Assembly (NCBI GenBank): GCA_037445065.1
Contig: JBBILD010000005.1
Coordinates: forward strand, 165,124-229,123
Origin: Myxococcales bacterium
Lineage (GTDB): Bacteria > Desulfobacterota > Binatia > HRBIN30
Direction of reading: 5' to 3'
DNA length: 64,000 nucleotides
A program made the position numbers and the translations under genes. This document shows, piece after piece, positions 41,939 to 51,084 of the stretch. Every line of letters begins with the position of its first letter. Position 1 is the stretch's first letter. The notes below the pieces were generated by a model, which saw nothing but the letters and a program-made list of their open reading frames with translations, did not search any database and had not been told where the DNA came from.

Positions 41939-43299
41939 TGCAACCGGGCGACGTAGTTGTGCACGCCCTCTACGGTCGTGGCACAGTGCAATGCCTGATT
42001 GCCGGTAGCCGCGCTAGCGTGCGCTTCGAACGGTTGCCTTCCCTGCCGCGCACGGTGCACCTCAACGAACTGAGCCTCGACGGACAATCACCGAAGCAGC
42101 GCAACGAGTCCATCGTTGCCCCTCCCGTTTCACCCGCCACCGCCACCCGCGAGATTCCCGTCGTCGGCCACGAAACTGGCGAGCTGCGTCAGCTCATCGA
42201 GGCCTTGCGCCTGGGCACGGTGCCGCCGTTTCGCCTGAAAGAGTACACGGTGGGGCGCGAAAAACCGTTCTGCCGCATTCAGGAACTCTTCCAACTCGCG
42301 CAAGGGATGGAACTGGTCTTCGGCGACTACGGAGCGGGCAAAACCCACTTTCTCGACCTGGTGGAGCAGGAAGCTCGGAACTCGAGCTATCTCACCAGCC
42401 GGGTGGTGCTCGACCCTCACGAAACGCCTCTCAGCCACCCGCAGCGTTTATGGCGAGCCATTGTCGCCTCGCTGCGCTACCCGGGGAACGAATCCCGACA
42501 AGGGGTCGTGCCCCTGTTCGTACGGCTGCAGTCGAGTTCCGAACACTTGTACCCCAGTGGCCGCCGCTTTCATCGCTTTCTCTCGCCGGCACTGTGGGCC
42601 TTTCGCTCCGGCTCTGCCGACGCCTGGGGTTGGTTTCAAGATTACATCGAGGGCTACCCCATGGACGTGGGCGCCCTGAACAGCGTACTCAGCTCGGTGG
42701 GATGGCCCGGCCCGCGCGCACTGGCACTCTCTGACTTCCGTACCTTCGGGCGCGTGTACGTGTACTTGGCCGGCGGGCTTGCCGCCTGGGCCGCTGATGC
42801 TGGTTTTCGGGGCGCGTGCCTGCTGTTCGACGAAGCCGAACAAATCGGTGGCTTCGACGCCACGCACCGCCAATTGGCAGAGGAGGTGATCCGCCACTAC
42901 GCGGCGGCAACGCTCCCCGAGGGCGACCTCCTGTTCGTTCCCGATGAGCTGTACCGCGGCGGGCGCCAGGTGCATCGAGAGTTGCCGCTGCGCTTCGACG
43001 AAGAGCAGCCGTTGGTCGTTTTGCTCGCTTTAACGCCCGAGCCGAGCATGCTGGAGTTGTGCGACCGTTTGGTGAGCGGGCACAAAATCGAACTCGCCCC
43101 ACTCGGAGCGCGGCATCTGAGCGAGCTGGTGGAGCGCGTGTGCGACTTGTACCTGCGCGCCTACCCCGGGGGCACTCTGCCCAAGAAGTGCCTCGCCCAC
43201 GCCCCTGCCTGGTACCAAACCCCGCGTGAACTGGTGCGCGAACTCATCGCCCGGCTCGACGCACATCGTTACGGGATATCCGCTGACTCCGCTTCATGA
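41938..43299 (+). CDS. BrxD/DUF2791-like P-loop ATPase (copy 2) with N-terminal Tudor-like domain
   Basis: IEALRLGTVP...VGRE, GDYGAGKTHFL Walker A, LLFDEAE Walker B, TPRELVR; N-terminus PGDVVVHALYGRGTV. Confidence 0.8.
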   Translation: MQPGDVVVHALYGRGTVQCLIAGSRASVRFERLPSLPRTVHLNELSLDGQSPKQRNESIVAPPVSPATATREIPVVGHETGELRQLIEALRLGTVPPFRLKEYTVGREKPFCRIQELFQLAQGMELVFGDYGAGKTHFLDLVEQEARNSSYLTSRVVLDPHETPLSHPQRLWRAIVASLRYPGNESRQGVVPLFVRLQSSSEHLYPSGRRFHRFLSPALWAFRSGSADAWGWFQDYIEGYPMDVGALNSVLSSVGWPGPRALALSDFRTFGRVYVYLAGGLAAWAADAGFRGACLLFDEAEQIGGFDATHRQLAEEVIRHYAAATLPEGDLLFVPDELYRGGRQVHRELPLRFDEEQPLVVLLALTPEPSMLELCDRLVSGHKIELAPLGARHLSELVERVCDLYLRAYPGGTLPKKCLAHAPAWYQTPRELVRELIARLDAHRYGISADSAS

Positions 43300-45323
43300 A
43301 CTCCGCGCGTAGCGAATTACCGCGTGCGTTTGCTGCCTTCTTTGGCCGCTTCGGGCGCCTAAAACCGGTTCAAGAGCGCGCCATCCCTTCCATCCTTGCG
43401 GGTGACGACGTGCTGATTGTCGCGCCCACGGCAACCGGCAAAACCGAGGCCTACGCGGCTCCACTTGCGGAACGCTACCTCGCCAGCCCCGCCCCCGCGG
43501 GTGCACCGCACGCGATCTTTGTGGCGCCCACCCGGGCGCTCACCAACGATCTCTTCCGTCGCCTCGCGCCCCCCTTCGAACACCTCGGGATCTCCTTCGG
43601 GCGGTACACCGGCGAGCACAGGGAGCGCGCTGAAGGCTCGCTCCCTGCGTTTGTCGTGACGACACCGGAGGCATTGGATGCCCTCCTGGCGCGCCGCGCG
43701 CAAACCTTGGCCGCCGTGCGCGCGGTGGTGGTGGATGAGCTGCATATCCTCGACAACACCCCACGCGGAGACCAGCTCCGCTTCCTCCTGCATCGCCTGA
43801 GCCAACTGGTTCGACTCCCGCTGCAGCGGCTTGCTGCAAGCGCCACCGTGAGCGAGCCGCAAGTGGTCGCGCAGCGCTACTTGGAAAGCCCGCAGGTCAT
43901 CGAAGAGCATAGCGGCCAGCGGATGGTACGCGCGCGCTGCTTTCCGGGGCGCGATCCGCATGATGTGGCTCAACACCTGAACGAGTTGGCGACTGCCGGT
44001 TTTCGCAAGATCCTGATCTTCGTGAACTCGCGCAAAGACGTCGAGCTGCTGGCGAGCTACCTCAACCAACACAGCCGCTTCCGCGACGCCGTGTTTCCCC
44101 ACCACGGCTCCCTCTCGCGCACCACTCGCCTGCGTACCGAGGAACGCTTTCAACAAGCCGGGGCGGCGGTCGCAGTGGCGACCCTCACTCTGGAGCTGGG
44201 CATTGACATCGGCACCGTAGACTACGTGCTCCTGTGCGGGGTCCCACCCAACATCTCGAGCCTCTTGCAGCGCATCGGACGGGGTAGCCGACGCAGTGGG
44301 CAGATCCGCGTTGGCTACGCCTGCGCGCATCGCGGAGAAGAGTTTCTCTACCGCTTCTTCTTGCAGAAAGGAGTGCGGGGAGAGCTGTACCCTCCTGCCT
44401 ACGCCTTGCGCACCAGCGTGCTTGTGCAGCAAGCACTCACCATTGCCGGCGCGGAACACTTCGTGACGGTGCCCCGCCTTCGCCAGATCCTCCCCCCCGC
44501 TCTGGCGCCCGCATTTCCTCCCGAGCGCTTGCGCAGGATCCTCGACTTCCTGGTGGAACACGAACTCCTCGAGCCGCCACGCCTGGGGCGGTACGTGCTC
44601 GGCCCGAAAGGAGAAAGCAGGTACGAGTACGGGCGGATTCATTCCAATATCGAGGACCCCGGCGGGGTCACGGTGGTGGATCGAATCAGCGGCGAGATCC
44701 TGGGCATGGTCGACTACCGGCACTTGGACGGCACCGAATTCAGTCTCGCCGGGCGAAGGCGCCGACCGTACGCCATCCAGGCAGATCGAATCCTTACCGA
44801 TCCAAAGGAGGCGTGTGCAGATACCGTCTTCCCCGTCGTCCAGGCTCCGCAAGTGAGCTTTTCTCTCGCTCGGGCCGTTGCGGCCGAGCTAGGAGCTGGG
44901 CCCAACGAGATGCTGGTGGCGCGCCGCGGTGATCACTGGCTCGTGTTGCACGGCCTGGGATCTTGCGAGGCGAAGCTGGTGTTTACCGGGCCGGAAGTGG
45001 CAGTCCGCTCCCCGTACCTGGTGGCTCTTGCCTCCCGCCCGCATGAGCCGCCGCGGCCTTCCGCACGCGAACTTGGCCAGCGAGTGAGCGAACAACTCGA
45101 GGAGTTGGAGAAAGCTCTGGCGATGGGTTGCTACCGCCGGTTCCTCCCCCAACAAGAACGGATTCAGGCCGTCGCCGAAGCCCTCGCCTTGGAGCAGCTG
45201 ACCGCCTTTTTGGAGGCAGCCCAACTTCGCATCGTGCCTGGCGAAGCGCCGAGCCTGTGGGCCAACCTGCTCCGCGTCCACGCAGAACTCCTGTCGAGCC
45301 AGCGCACGCACCTGCGGGTTTAG
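43296..45323 (+). CDS. Lhr/BrxHI-like SF2 DEAD/DEAH-box helicase (short form)
   Basis: Q motif LKPVQERAIP, APTATGKTE, APTRALTND, TTPEALD, VDELH, SAT, IFVNSR, HHGSLS, TLELGIDIG, QRIGRG. Confidence 0.88.
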   Translation: MNSARSELPRAFAAFFGRFGRLKPVQERAIPSILAGDDVLIVAPTATGKTEAYAAPLAERYLASPAPAGAPHAIFVAPTRALTNDLFRRLAPPFEHLGISFGRYTGEHRERAEGSLPAFVVTTPEALDALLARRAQTLAAVRAVVVDELHILDNTPRGDQLRFLLHRLSQLVRLPLQRLAASATVSEPQVVAQRYLESPQVIEEHSGQRMVRARCFPGRDPHDVAQHLNELATAGFRKILIFVNSRKDVELLASYLNQHSRFRDAVFPHHGSLSRTTRLRTEERFQQAGAAVAVATLTLELGIDIGTVDYVLLCGVPPNISSLLQRIGRGSRRSGQIRVGYACAHRGEEFLYRFFLQKGVRGELYPPAYALRTSVLVQQALTIAGAEHFVTVPRLRQILPPALAPAFPPERLRRILDFLVEHELLEPPRLGRYVLGPKGESRYEYGRIHSNIEDPGGVTVVDRISGEILGMVDYRHLDGTEFSLAGRRRRPYAIQADRILTDPKEACADTVFPVVQAPQVSFSLARAVAAELGAGPNEMLVARRGDHWLVLHGLGSCEAKLVFTGPEVAVRSPYLVALASRPHEPPRPSARELGQRVSEQLEELEKALAMGCYRRFLPQQERIQAVAEALALEQLTAFLEAAQLRIVPGEAPSLWANLLRVHAELLSSQRTHLRV

Positions 45324-45325
45324 GT

Positions 45326-45367
45326 CTCGCCGCGGCAGGTGCCGCGCTGCCTCGCGAGCGCGGCGAG
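45326..45367. terminator. GC-rich hairpin between convergent genes, possible terminator
   Basis: CTCGCCGCG (45326-34) pairs with CGCGGCGAG (45359-67); no clear U-tract. Confidence 0.3.
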
Positions 45368-45448
45368 TCCGCAAACGCCCCGCCACTTGATCCCTTCGGG
45401 TCAAAGCGCTTGCGCTCCCGCTGACGCCGCTTGAGTCGCGGTTCACCT

Positions 45449-45766
45449 TCACGTCGCTGTCTTGCGCTGGCGCAGGCGGCGCTTGACACTCGCGACTTTG
45501 CTCTTGAGCGTGACCTCTTTGTCGCGCCGATCGTCTATGGTCACCGTCGTCACCACCCGCTCCACCCCGCGCCGGAATGCCGCCTCGTGCATGCGTTGCG
45601 CCAGGGCAAAACCCTGCCTCAGCGGAGCCTCGAAAGAGGTGCCCATGGCGGAGAGTTCGTACGGCACACCCGCTTGCTCGAGGACCTGCACGGCGTCTGC
45701 GATGAAATCACCTATGCTTGGCCCGCTGGTACCAATTGGAATCACGCTCACCTGCACTAGAGCCAT
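45449..45766 (-). CDS. MTH1187/YkoF-like thiamine-binding protein (105 aa), probably with its own start
   Basis: MALVQVSVIPIGT.GPS...YELSAMGT.FE...RVVTTVTIDDRRDK...KVASV; strong AAGGAGG RBS before ATG 45766. Confidence 0.82.
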   Translation of the reverse strand: MALVQVSVIPIGTSGPSIGDFIADAVQVLEQAGVPYELSAMGTSFEAPLRQGFALAQRMHEAAFRRGVERVVTTVTIDDRRDKEVTLKSKVASVKRRLRQRKTAT

Positions 45767-47416
45767 TGCCGTCCCTCCTTCTCGTTTTCCTGCTCTCACG
45801 AAACTGGCAAAGGCGTCAACCGCCCGGCTCGCAGCATTTTTCCTGGTGCGCGCTCCGTCGCCGCGCCAACGCGGGATCTCGTAAATGCGGATGGTCGGGC
45901 CGGTGCGCCCCTGCCCCGGCACAAACTCCGCCGCCAGCGGCAGCGATTGGAACACGAACGTATAAAACGCAGCGACTTCCGCCTCCCCCGCGCGCGAGTG
46001 CCGAAAGCGCCCGTAAATGTTCGAACTCAGCACCAGGTAATCCACCTCGTTGCGCAGATACCAGCTATACGGGGCGGTGCCGGCCACTTGTACATACAGA
46101 ACGCGGTACTTCCGCCCGTCTACCTGGGGCGTGTACTCCTCCCGCGCAATCGTGGTGCCTGCTGGCACATTCGCCTCGATCCAGCGGTACGCCTCGGTGC
46201 GCGTATCCAGCGCGTGCCAGCGGTGGCGCAGTTGCCAAGCCGAGAGCGCCGGTTGCAAGAAAAGCAACGCGGCAGCGGCGGTTAACACGCCGCGGCGCGC
46301 CAGCGCTGGCAGTGTGGCTGCAAGAGCGGTGCGCAATGCGTCCCATCCGGCGGCCACGAACAGACACAGAAACGGGAGGACGGGAATCAAATTTCGATCG
46401 AAGCGTGCAGGCCAAGTGGAAAGGTAGGCCCAGTAGGCAACGGGCACCAAAAGCAGCACGCCGACCTCTCTTCGCGGCAGCGGCCGGCGTATCAACCACA
46501 CCGATGCCCCGCTGGCAGCAACGAGCAGCGGCAGCGCCCCGAATCCAAAACCCGCCAGAGCGAGCAGGTAGCGCCACCAATTCCCTACCGCGGGGCCACC
46601 GCTCGCATAATGCGCACGCTGCGCTTCGAGGTCGACGAGGAACTTGGAAACATCTAGCCACACAAACGGGCTCGCAACAAAGAAGGCTGCGGCGCAGCCG
46701 ACGGCCACCGCCCCCGCCGCCCGTGCCCCGCAGCGGAGCCAGGCAAGGCAAAGCGGCACGGTAACGACCATGCCGGCCGGGTACTTGGTTGCGGCAGCCA
46801 AACCCGCGGCTGCCCCCGCCAAGAGCCAGGTGCGAAGAGAGGCGGCCGGCAATGCCAGGCAAAGGGTAAGCGCCACCCACAACATGGCTGGCACGTCGGT
46901 CGTGAGGTAATGGCTGCTCTCGATGTGCAGGGGAGATAGAGCCAGCGCCGCTGCCGCCATCCACGCCGCCCACGGCGAGCACCACCGCCCTGCCAGCCGC
47001 GCGATCGCGTAGACTCCAGCAACCCCAAAGGCTGCCACCGCGGCGCGCCCGGCAAGCAGAAATGGAAACTGCTGCGGAGCCACATCCCACGGCCCCACCC
47101 CGTGCACCTCGGGTGCGGTGCGCAAGTCCGCCTGCACCCAGGGCTGCAGGATCGCCACCAAGAGCGCTTGCAGGTAGGGCAGAAACGATGGGTAGCGGAA
47201 CCAACGCGGGTTCGGGTCGCCGTCGCGAACCATGTTCAGCGCCGCATGCAACACGGCATGCTCATCCGGGTGGTAGGTAAACGGCTTGCCCCAACCGATC
47301 CCGTCGAAGCGCAGCCACGCCGCGAGCAGTAGCACGCTCGCAGTGGCAGCAAAGCGGTGCCTGGGTTGCCTGAACACCGGTGGGTCTTCGCCGCTTTGCC
47401 AGAGCGATCCGGGCAT
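45449..47416 (-). CDS. ArnT/PMT-like (GT-C fold, GT39-like) membrane glycosyltransferase, read in frame into a thiamine-binding-protein domain
   Basis: YHPDE, NPRWFRYPS, HIESSHY.TTDV, AAATKY, multiple TM helices; ATG 47416 overlaps the ald stop (TGATG). Confidence 0.8.
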   Translation of the reverse strand: MPGSLWQSGEDPPVFRQPRHRFAATASVLLLAAWLRFDGIGWGKPFTYHPDEHAVLHAALNMVRDGDPNPRWFRYPSFLPYLQALLVAILQPWVQADLRTAPEVHGVGPWDVAPQQFPFLLAGRAAVAAFGVAGVYAIARLAGRWCSPWAAWMAAAALALSPLHIESSHYLTTDVPAMLWVALTLCLALPAASLRTWLLAGAAAGLAAATKYPAGMVVTVPLCLAWLRCGARAAGAVAVGCAAAFFVASPFVWLDVSKFLVDLEAQRAHYASGGPAVGNWWRYLLALAGFGFGALPLLVAASGASVWLIRRPLPRREVGVLLLVPVAYWAYLSTWPARFDRNLIPVLPFLCLFVAAGWDALRTALAATLPALARRGVLTAAAALLFLQPALSAWQLRHRWHALDTRTEAYRWIEANVPAGTTIAREEYTPQVDGRKYRVLYVQVAGTAPYSWYLRNEVDYLVLSSNIYGRFRHSRAGEAEVAAFYTFVFQSLPLAAEFVPGQGRTGPTIRIYEIPRWRGDGARTRKNAASRAVDAFASFVRAGKREGGTAMALVQVSVIPIGTSGPSIGDFIADAVQVLEQAGVPYELSAMGTSFEAPLRQGFALAQRMHEAAFRRGVERVVTTVTIDDRRDKEVTLKSKVASVKRRLRQRKTAT

Positions 47417-48528
47417 CACTCGAGCAGGTCCTCGATCGGCACGGCACTCCGCTGAAACGCGGCAGCCACACGCGGATGGGTCACGCGCCCAGCGAACACG
47501 TTGACTCCGCGGCGCAGCGGCGCGTTGTCGCGCAGTGCACGCATGAGACCCGAATCCGCAATTTCCAGCACGTAGGCGAAGGTGGCATTGGTGAGGGCAA
47601 AGGTGGAAGTGCGCGGAACCACAGCCGGCATGTTGGTCACGCAATAGTGGACCACTCCCTCCTCCACGTAGATCGGCTCGTCCAGCGTGGTCGGGCGGGA
47701 GGTTTCCACGCAGCCACCCTGGTCAATCGAGACGTCCACGATCACCGCTCCGCGGCGCATCCGGCGCACCGTACGGCGGCTCACCAAGCGCGGGGCGCGC
47801 GCCCCGGCCACCAGCACCGCACCGATGACCAAATCCGCCGAGCGCACTTCTTCCTCGATATTGGCGCGGTTCGACATCACGGTCGTAATGTGGCCTCCCA
47901 GGATGTCGTGCAGGTAGCGCAATTTCGCTGGATTCGAGTCTACGACGCTCACGTGCGCACCGAGCCCAAAAGCGATTTGCGTTGCGTTGCTGCCTGCGGT
48001 GCCTGCACCCAGCACCACCACCTTGCCGGGACGCACGCCGGAGGCCCCACTCAGCAAAATGCCGCTGCCGCCGGTTTGTTTTTGCAGGCACCAAGCTCCC
48101 ACCTGTACGGCGAGCCTCCCGGCCACTTCGCTCATCGGCGCGAGCAATGGAAGCGAGCCGTCGTCCAGCTCCACCGTCTCATAACCAATGGCGCACACGC
48201 TGCGCTGCTTAAGGACCCGCAAGAGTTCCTCGTTGGTCGCCAAATGCAGGTAGGTGAACAGCACGAGCCCGGGTCGCAAGTAACGGTACTCCGAGGGAAG
48301 GGGTTCCTTCACTTTGACCACCAGTTCCGACTGCCGCCACACCTCGCGTGCGCTCACGAGTTCGGCCCCAGCCTCGGCGTACTCGCCATCTTCGAGCCCA
48401 CCGCCCTTCCCAGCGCCGCGCTCCACCAGAACCTGGTGGCCGTGTGCCACCAGCACGTTGGCACCCGCAGGCGTGAGGGCCACTCGGTTCTCCTCTGCTT
48501 TGATTTCTTTCGGAACCCCGATGATCAT
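47416..48528 (-). CDS. ald: Alanine dehydrogenase
   Basis: IGVPKEIK.EENRVALTP, VKVKEP, FTYLHLA, LAPMSEVAGR, DVSIDQGGC, HYCVTNMP. Confidence 0.96.
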   Translation of the reverse strand: MIIGVPKEIKAEENRVALTPAGANVLVAHGHQVLVERGAGKGGGLEDGEYAEAGAELVSAREVWRQSELVVKVKEPLPSEYRYLRPGLVLFTYLHLATNEELLRVLKQRSVCAIGYETVELDDGSLPLLAPMSEVAGRLAVQVGAWCLQKQTGGSGILLSGASGVRPGKVVVLGAGTAGSNATQIAFGLGAHVSVVDSNPAKLRYLHDILGGHITTVMSNRANIEEEVRSADLVIGAVLVAGARAPRLVSRRTVRRMRRGAVIVDVSIDQGGCVETSRPTTLDEPIYVEEGVVHYCVTNMPAVVPRTSTFALTNATFAYVLEIADSGLMRALRDNAPLRRGVNVFAGRVTHPRVAAAFQRSAVPIEDLLE

Positions 48529-48616
48529 GCACCGCTCTTAACCGCTTTCGGACGCTGCTGGCGAGAGGGCGGGCGTGCTTTACAGCCTGCCCCACTTGCA
48601 CTATGCCGCCTCGGTC

Positions 48617-49483
48617 ATGGCGACCCTCATTGACGGCAAGAAGGCGGCACAAGAAGTGCGCGCCCGCGTGCGCGACGAGGCGCATGCCTTTTTGCAGCGC
48701 CACGGCGTCCGGCCCGGGCTCGCCACCGTGCTGGTGGGCAACGACCCAGCCTCGGCAACCTACGTGCAAAGCAAGCGCAAGGCGTGCGCCGAAGCAGGAA
48801 TCGAATCGTTTCCCCACGAACTGCCGGCCGGGATCCCGGAAGACGAGCTGCTCGCTCTGATTGCCGCACTCAACGCCCGGCGGAACGTGCACGGAATCCT
48901 CGTGCAGCTACCGCTGCCCGCGCCGCTGTCGGCGCAGCGCGTGATCGAAGCCATTGCGCCGCAAAAGGACGTGGATGGCCTACACCCTCTGAATCAAGGA
49001 AAACTGGTGGCGGGTTTGCCCGGCCTGAGGCCCTGTACGCCGCTCGGGGTCATGCATCTGATCGAGCAAACCGGGGTGCCCCTCGCCGGGGCGCAGGCAG
49101 TGGTGGTCGGGCGCAGCAGCCTGGTGGGAAAACCGGTGGCCCTGCTCCTGCTCGAGCGCCACGCAACTGTGACACTGTGTCATTCCCGCACGCGCTCCCT
49201 GCAAGAGGAGGTCGCGCGCGCGGAGATCCTCGTGGTCGCGGCCGGTCGCCCGGGCTTGGTGCGCGGTGAGTGGATTCGACCCGGGAGCGTCGTCGTTGAC
49301 GTCGGCATCAACCGCACAAATGATGGAAAACTCGTGGGCGACGTGGACTTTGCCGCCGCCAGCCAGCGCGCGGGCTACATCACGCCCGTGCCCGGCGGGG
49401 TGGGTCCGATGACGGTGGCGATGCTGCTGGCCAACACGCTGGCCGCCGCTCGCGCCCAATTGGAGGGCGACGCTGCGCCTTGA
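48617..49483 (+). CDS. folD: Methylenetetrahydrofolate dehydrogenase/cyclohydrolase
   Basis: [51 protein letters not shown]. Confidence 0.97.
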   Translation: MATLIDGKKAAQEVRARVRDEAHAFLQRHGVRPGLATVLVGNDPASATYVQSKRKACAEAGIESFPHELPAGIPEDELLALIAALNARRNVHGILVQLPLPAPLSAQRVIEAIAPQKDVDGLHPLNQGKLVAGLPGLRPCTPLGVMHLIEQTGVPLAGAQAVVVGRSSLVGKPVALLLLERHATVTLCHSRTRSLQEEVARAEILVVAAGRPGLVRGEWIRPGSVVVDVGINRTNDGKLVGDVDFAAASQRAGYITPVPGGVGPMTVAMLLANTLAAARAQLEGDAAP

Positions 49484-49511
49484 GTGAGGCCGCGCCCAGC
49501 CTGCCGCTTTC

Positions 49512-50600
49512 ATGGACACCGAGTTGAAACGCACACCTCTCTACCCTTGGCACCGCGAGCGGGGCGCGCGCATGAGCGCCTTTGCCGGATGGGAGATGCC
49601 CCTTTGGTACACGCGCATCTCGGAGGAAGTGTTGGCCGTTCGCCGTGCGGCTGGATTGTTCGACGTGAGCCACATGGGCCAGCTCGAACTGCGCGGTCCC
49701 CACGCGCTGGCGGCGCTGCAGGTCCTCGGCACCAACGACGCGCGGCGACTGCGCGACGGACAAGCACAATACTCCCTGCTCTGCTGCGAGGACGGAGGGG
49801 TGCTCGATGACATCATCGCTTACCGCCTGGCCGCCGATCGCTACCTGCTCTGCGTCAATGCCGCCAACACTGCGCGCGACCGCGAATGGATCGAAACCCA
49901 CGCCAGCGGCGCCGAGGTGGTAGACCTCAGCGAGGAGACGGCGCTCCTCGCCCTTCAGGGCCCGCGCGCAAGCGACATCCTCGCTACGCTCGGGCTCACG
50001 CAGTTGGCTTCCGTGCGGCGCTTCCACTTTACCACGACTTCGCTTGACGGAGCCGAGGTCATCCTCGCGCGCACCGGATACACCGGGGAAGACGGATGGG
50101 AGTTGTTCTGCCCGCAGGCGCAGGCTCTGGCCATTTGGGGACGCTTGCTCGACGCCGGCAAGCCTTTTGGGCTGGTGCCCTGTGGCTTGGGAGCGCGCGA
50201 CTTGTTACGGCTCGAGGCGGCCCTGCCGCTCTACGGGCACGAGTTGCACGAGCGAGTCACGCCACTCGAAGCAGGGCTTGCGTGGGCGGTGCGATTCGAG
50301 AAAGAAGCATTCATTGGCCGTGAGGCGTTGCAGCGGCAAGCAGAGAACGGGATCGAGAGGAAACTTGCAGGAATGGTCTTGACCGGAGAAGGGATTCCGC
50401 GGCAGGGATATGCGGTCATGGTGCAAGGAACACAGGTCGGCGAGGTCACCAGTGGGGGCAAGTCGCCTACTCTTGGAAAGAGCATCGCGCTGGGCTATCT
50501 CGCGACAGCCTTTGCGAAGGTCGGGGCCACGGTGGAGATAGACATTCGCGGGCGAGCCGCGGCGGCTTGTGTGGTCGCGCTACCATTTTACAAGCGGTAG
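49512..50600 (+). CDS. gcvT: Glycine cleavage system aminomethyltransferase T
   Basis: FAGWEMP, FDVSHMG, ALQGP, RTGYTGEDGWE, GLGARD.LRLEA. Confidence 0.97.
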   Translation: MDTELKRTPLYPWHRERGARMSAFAGWEMPLWYTRISEEVLAVRRAAGLFDVSHMGQLELRGPHALAALQVLGTNDARRLRDGQAQYSLLCCEDGGVLDDIIAYRLAADRYLLCVNAANTARDREWIETHASGAEVVDLSEETALLALQGPRASDILATLGLTQLASVRRFHFTTTSLDGAEVILARTGYTGEDGWELFCPQAQALAIWGRLLDAGKPFGLVPCGLGARDLLRLEAALPLYGHELHERVTPLEAGLAWAVRFEKEAFIGREALQRQAENGIERKLAGMVLTGEGIPRQGYAVMVQGTQVGEVTSGGKSPTLGKSIALGYLATAFAKVGATVEIDIRGRAAAACVVALPFYKR

Positions 50601-50622
50601 GTTTTTCTCAAGGAGGATGAAC

Positions 50623-51012
50623 ATGGAGTTCCCGGAGGACTTGCGATACTCGAAAGAGCACGAGTGGGTGCTCGTCGAAGGGAACGTCGCAACCATCGGC
50701 ATCACCGACTACGCGCAGGACCGGATGGGGGAAATCACCTACGTCGAGCTTCCAAGCGTCGGCGACAAAGTGAGCAAGGACGACGCCTTTGGCGTGATCG
50801 AGTCGGTCAAAACCGTCTCCGACGTCTATGCGCCCGTCAGCGGCACGGTACTGGAGGTCAATGACGACTTGCCGGACAACCCCGAACTGCTCAACGACGA
50901 CCCGTACGGGGACGGCTGGATGATCAAAGTCGAAATGAGCGACCCGGAGGAACTCGAAGACTTGCTTACCGCGCAGGAGTACGAACAGCTTGTGGCCGAA
51001 GAAAAGGAGTGA
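50623..51012 (+). CDS. gcvH: Glycine cleavage system H protein
   Basis: YSKEHEW, GITDYAQ, lipoyl motif IESVKTVSD, NDDPYGDGW; AGGAGG RBS. Confidence 0.97.
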   Translation: MEFPEDLRYSKEHEWVLVEGNVATIGITDYAQDRMGEITYVELPSVGDKVSKDDAFGVIESVKTVSDVYAPVSGTVLEVNDDLPDNPELLNDDPYGDGWMIKVEMSDPEELEDLLTAQEYEQLVAEEKE

Positions 51013-51084
51013 TCCGATTCGTCACCCCTGGTGACGGAGCGCGCGCTCCCGCCCTTTGTGCGCCTCCGGGGAGCCATCGAGCCA

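Noticed and set aside
39762..45323. Calling the module canonical BREX or Shango
   Set aside because: No pglZ, pglX, pglW or brxC/pglY and no recognisable TerB-domain gene in the window; two ATPases rather than one.
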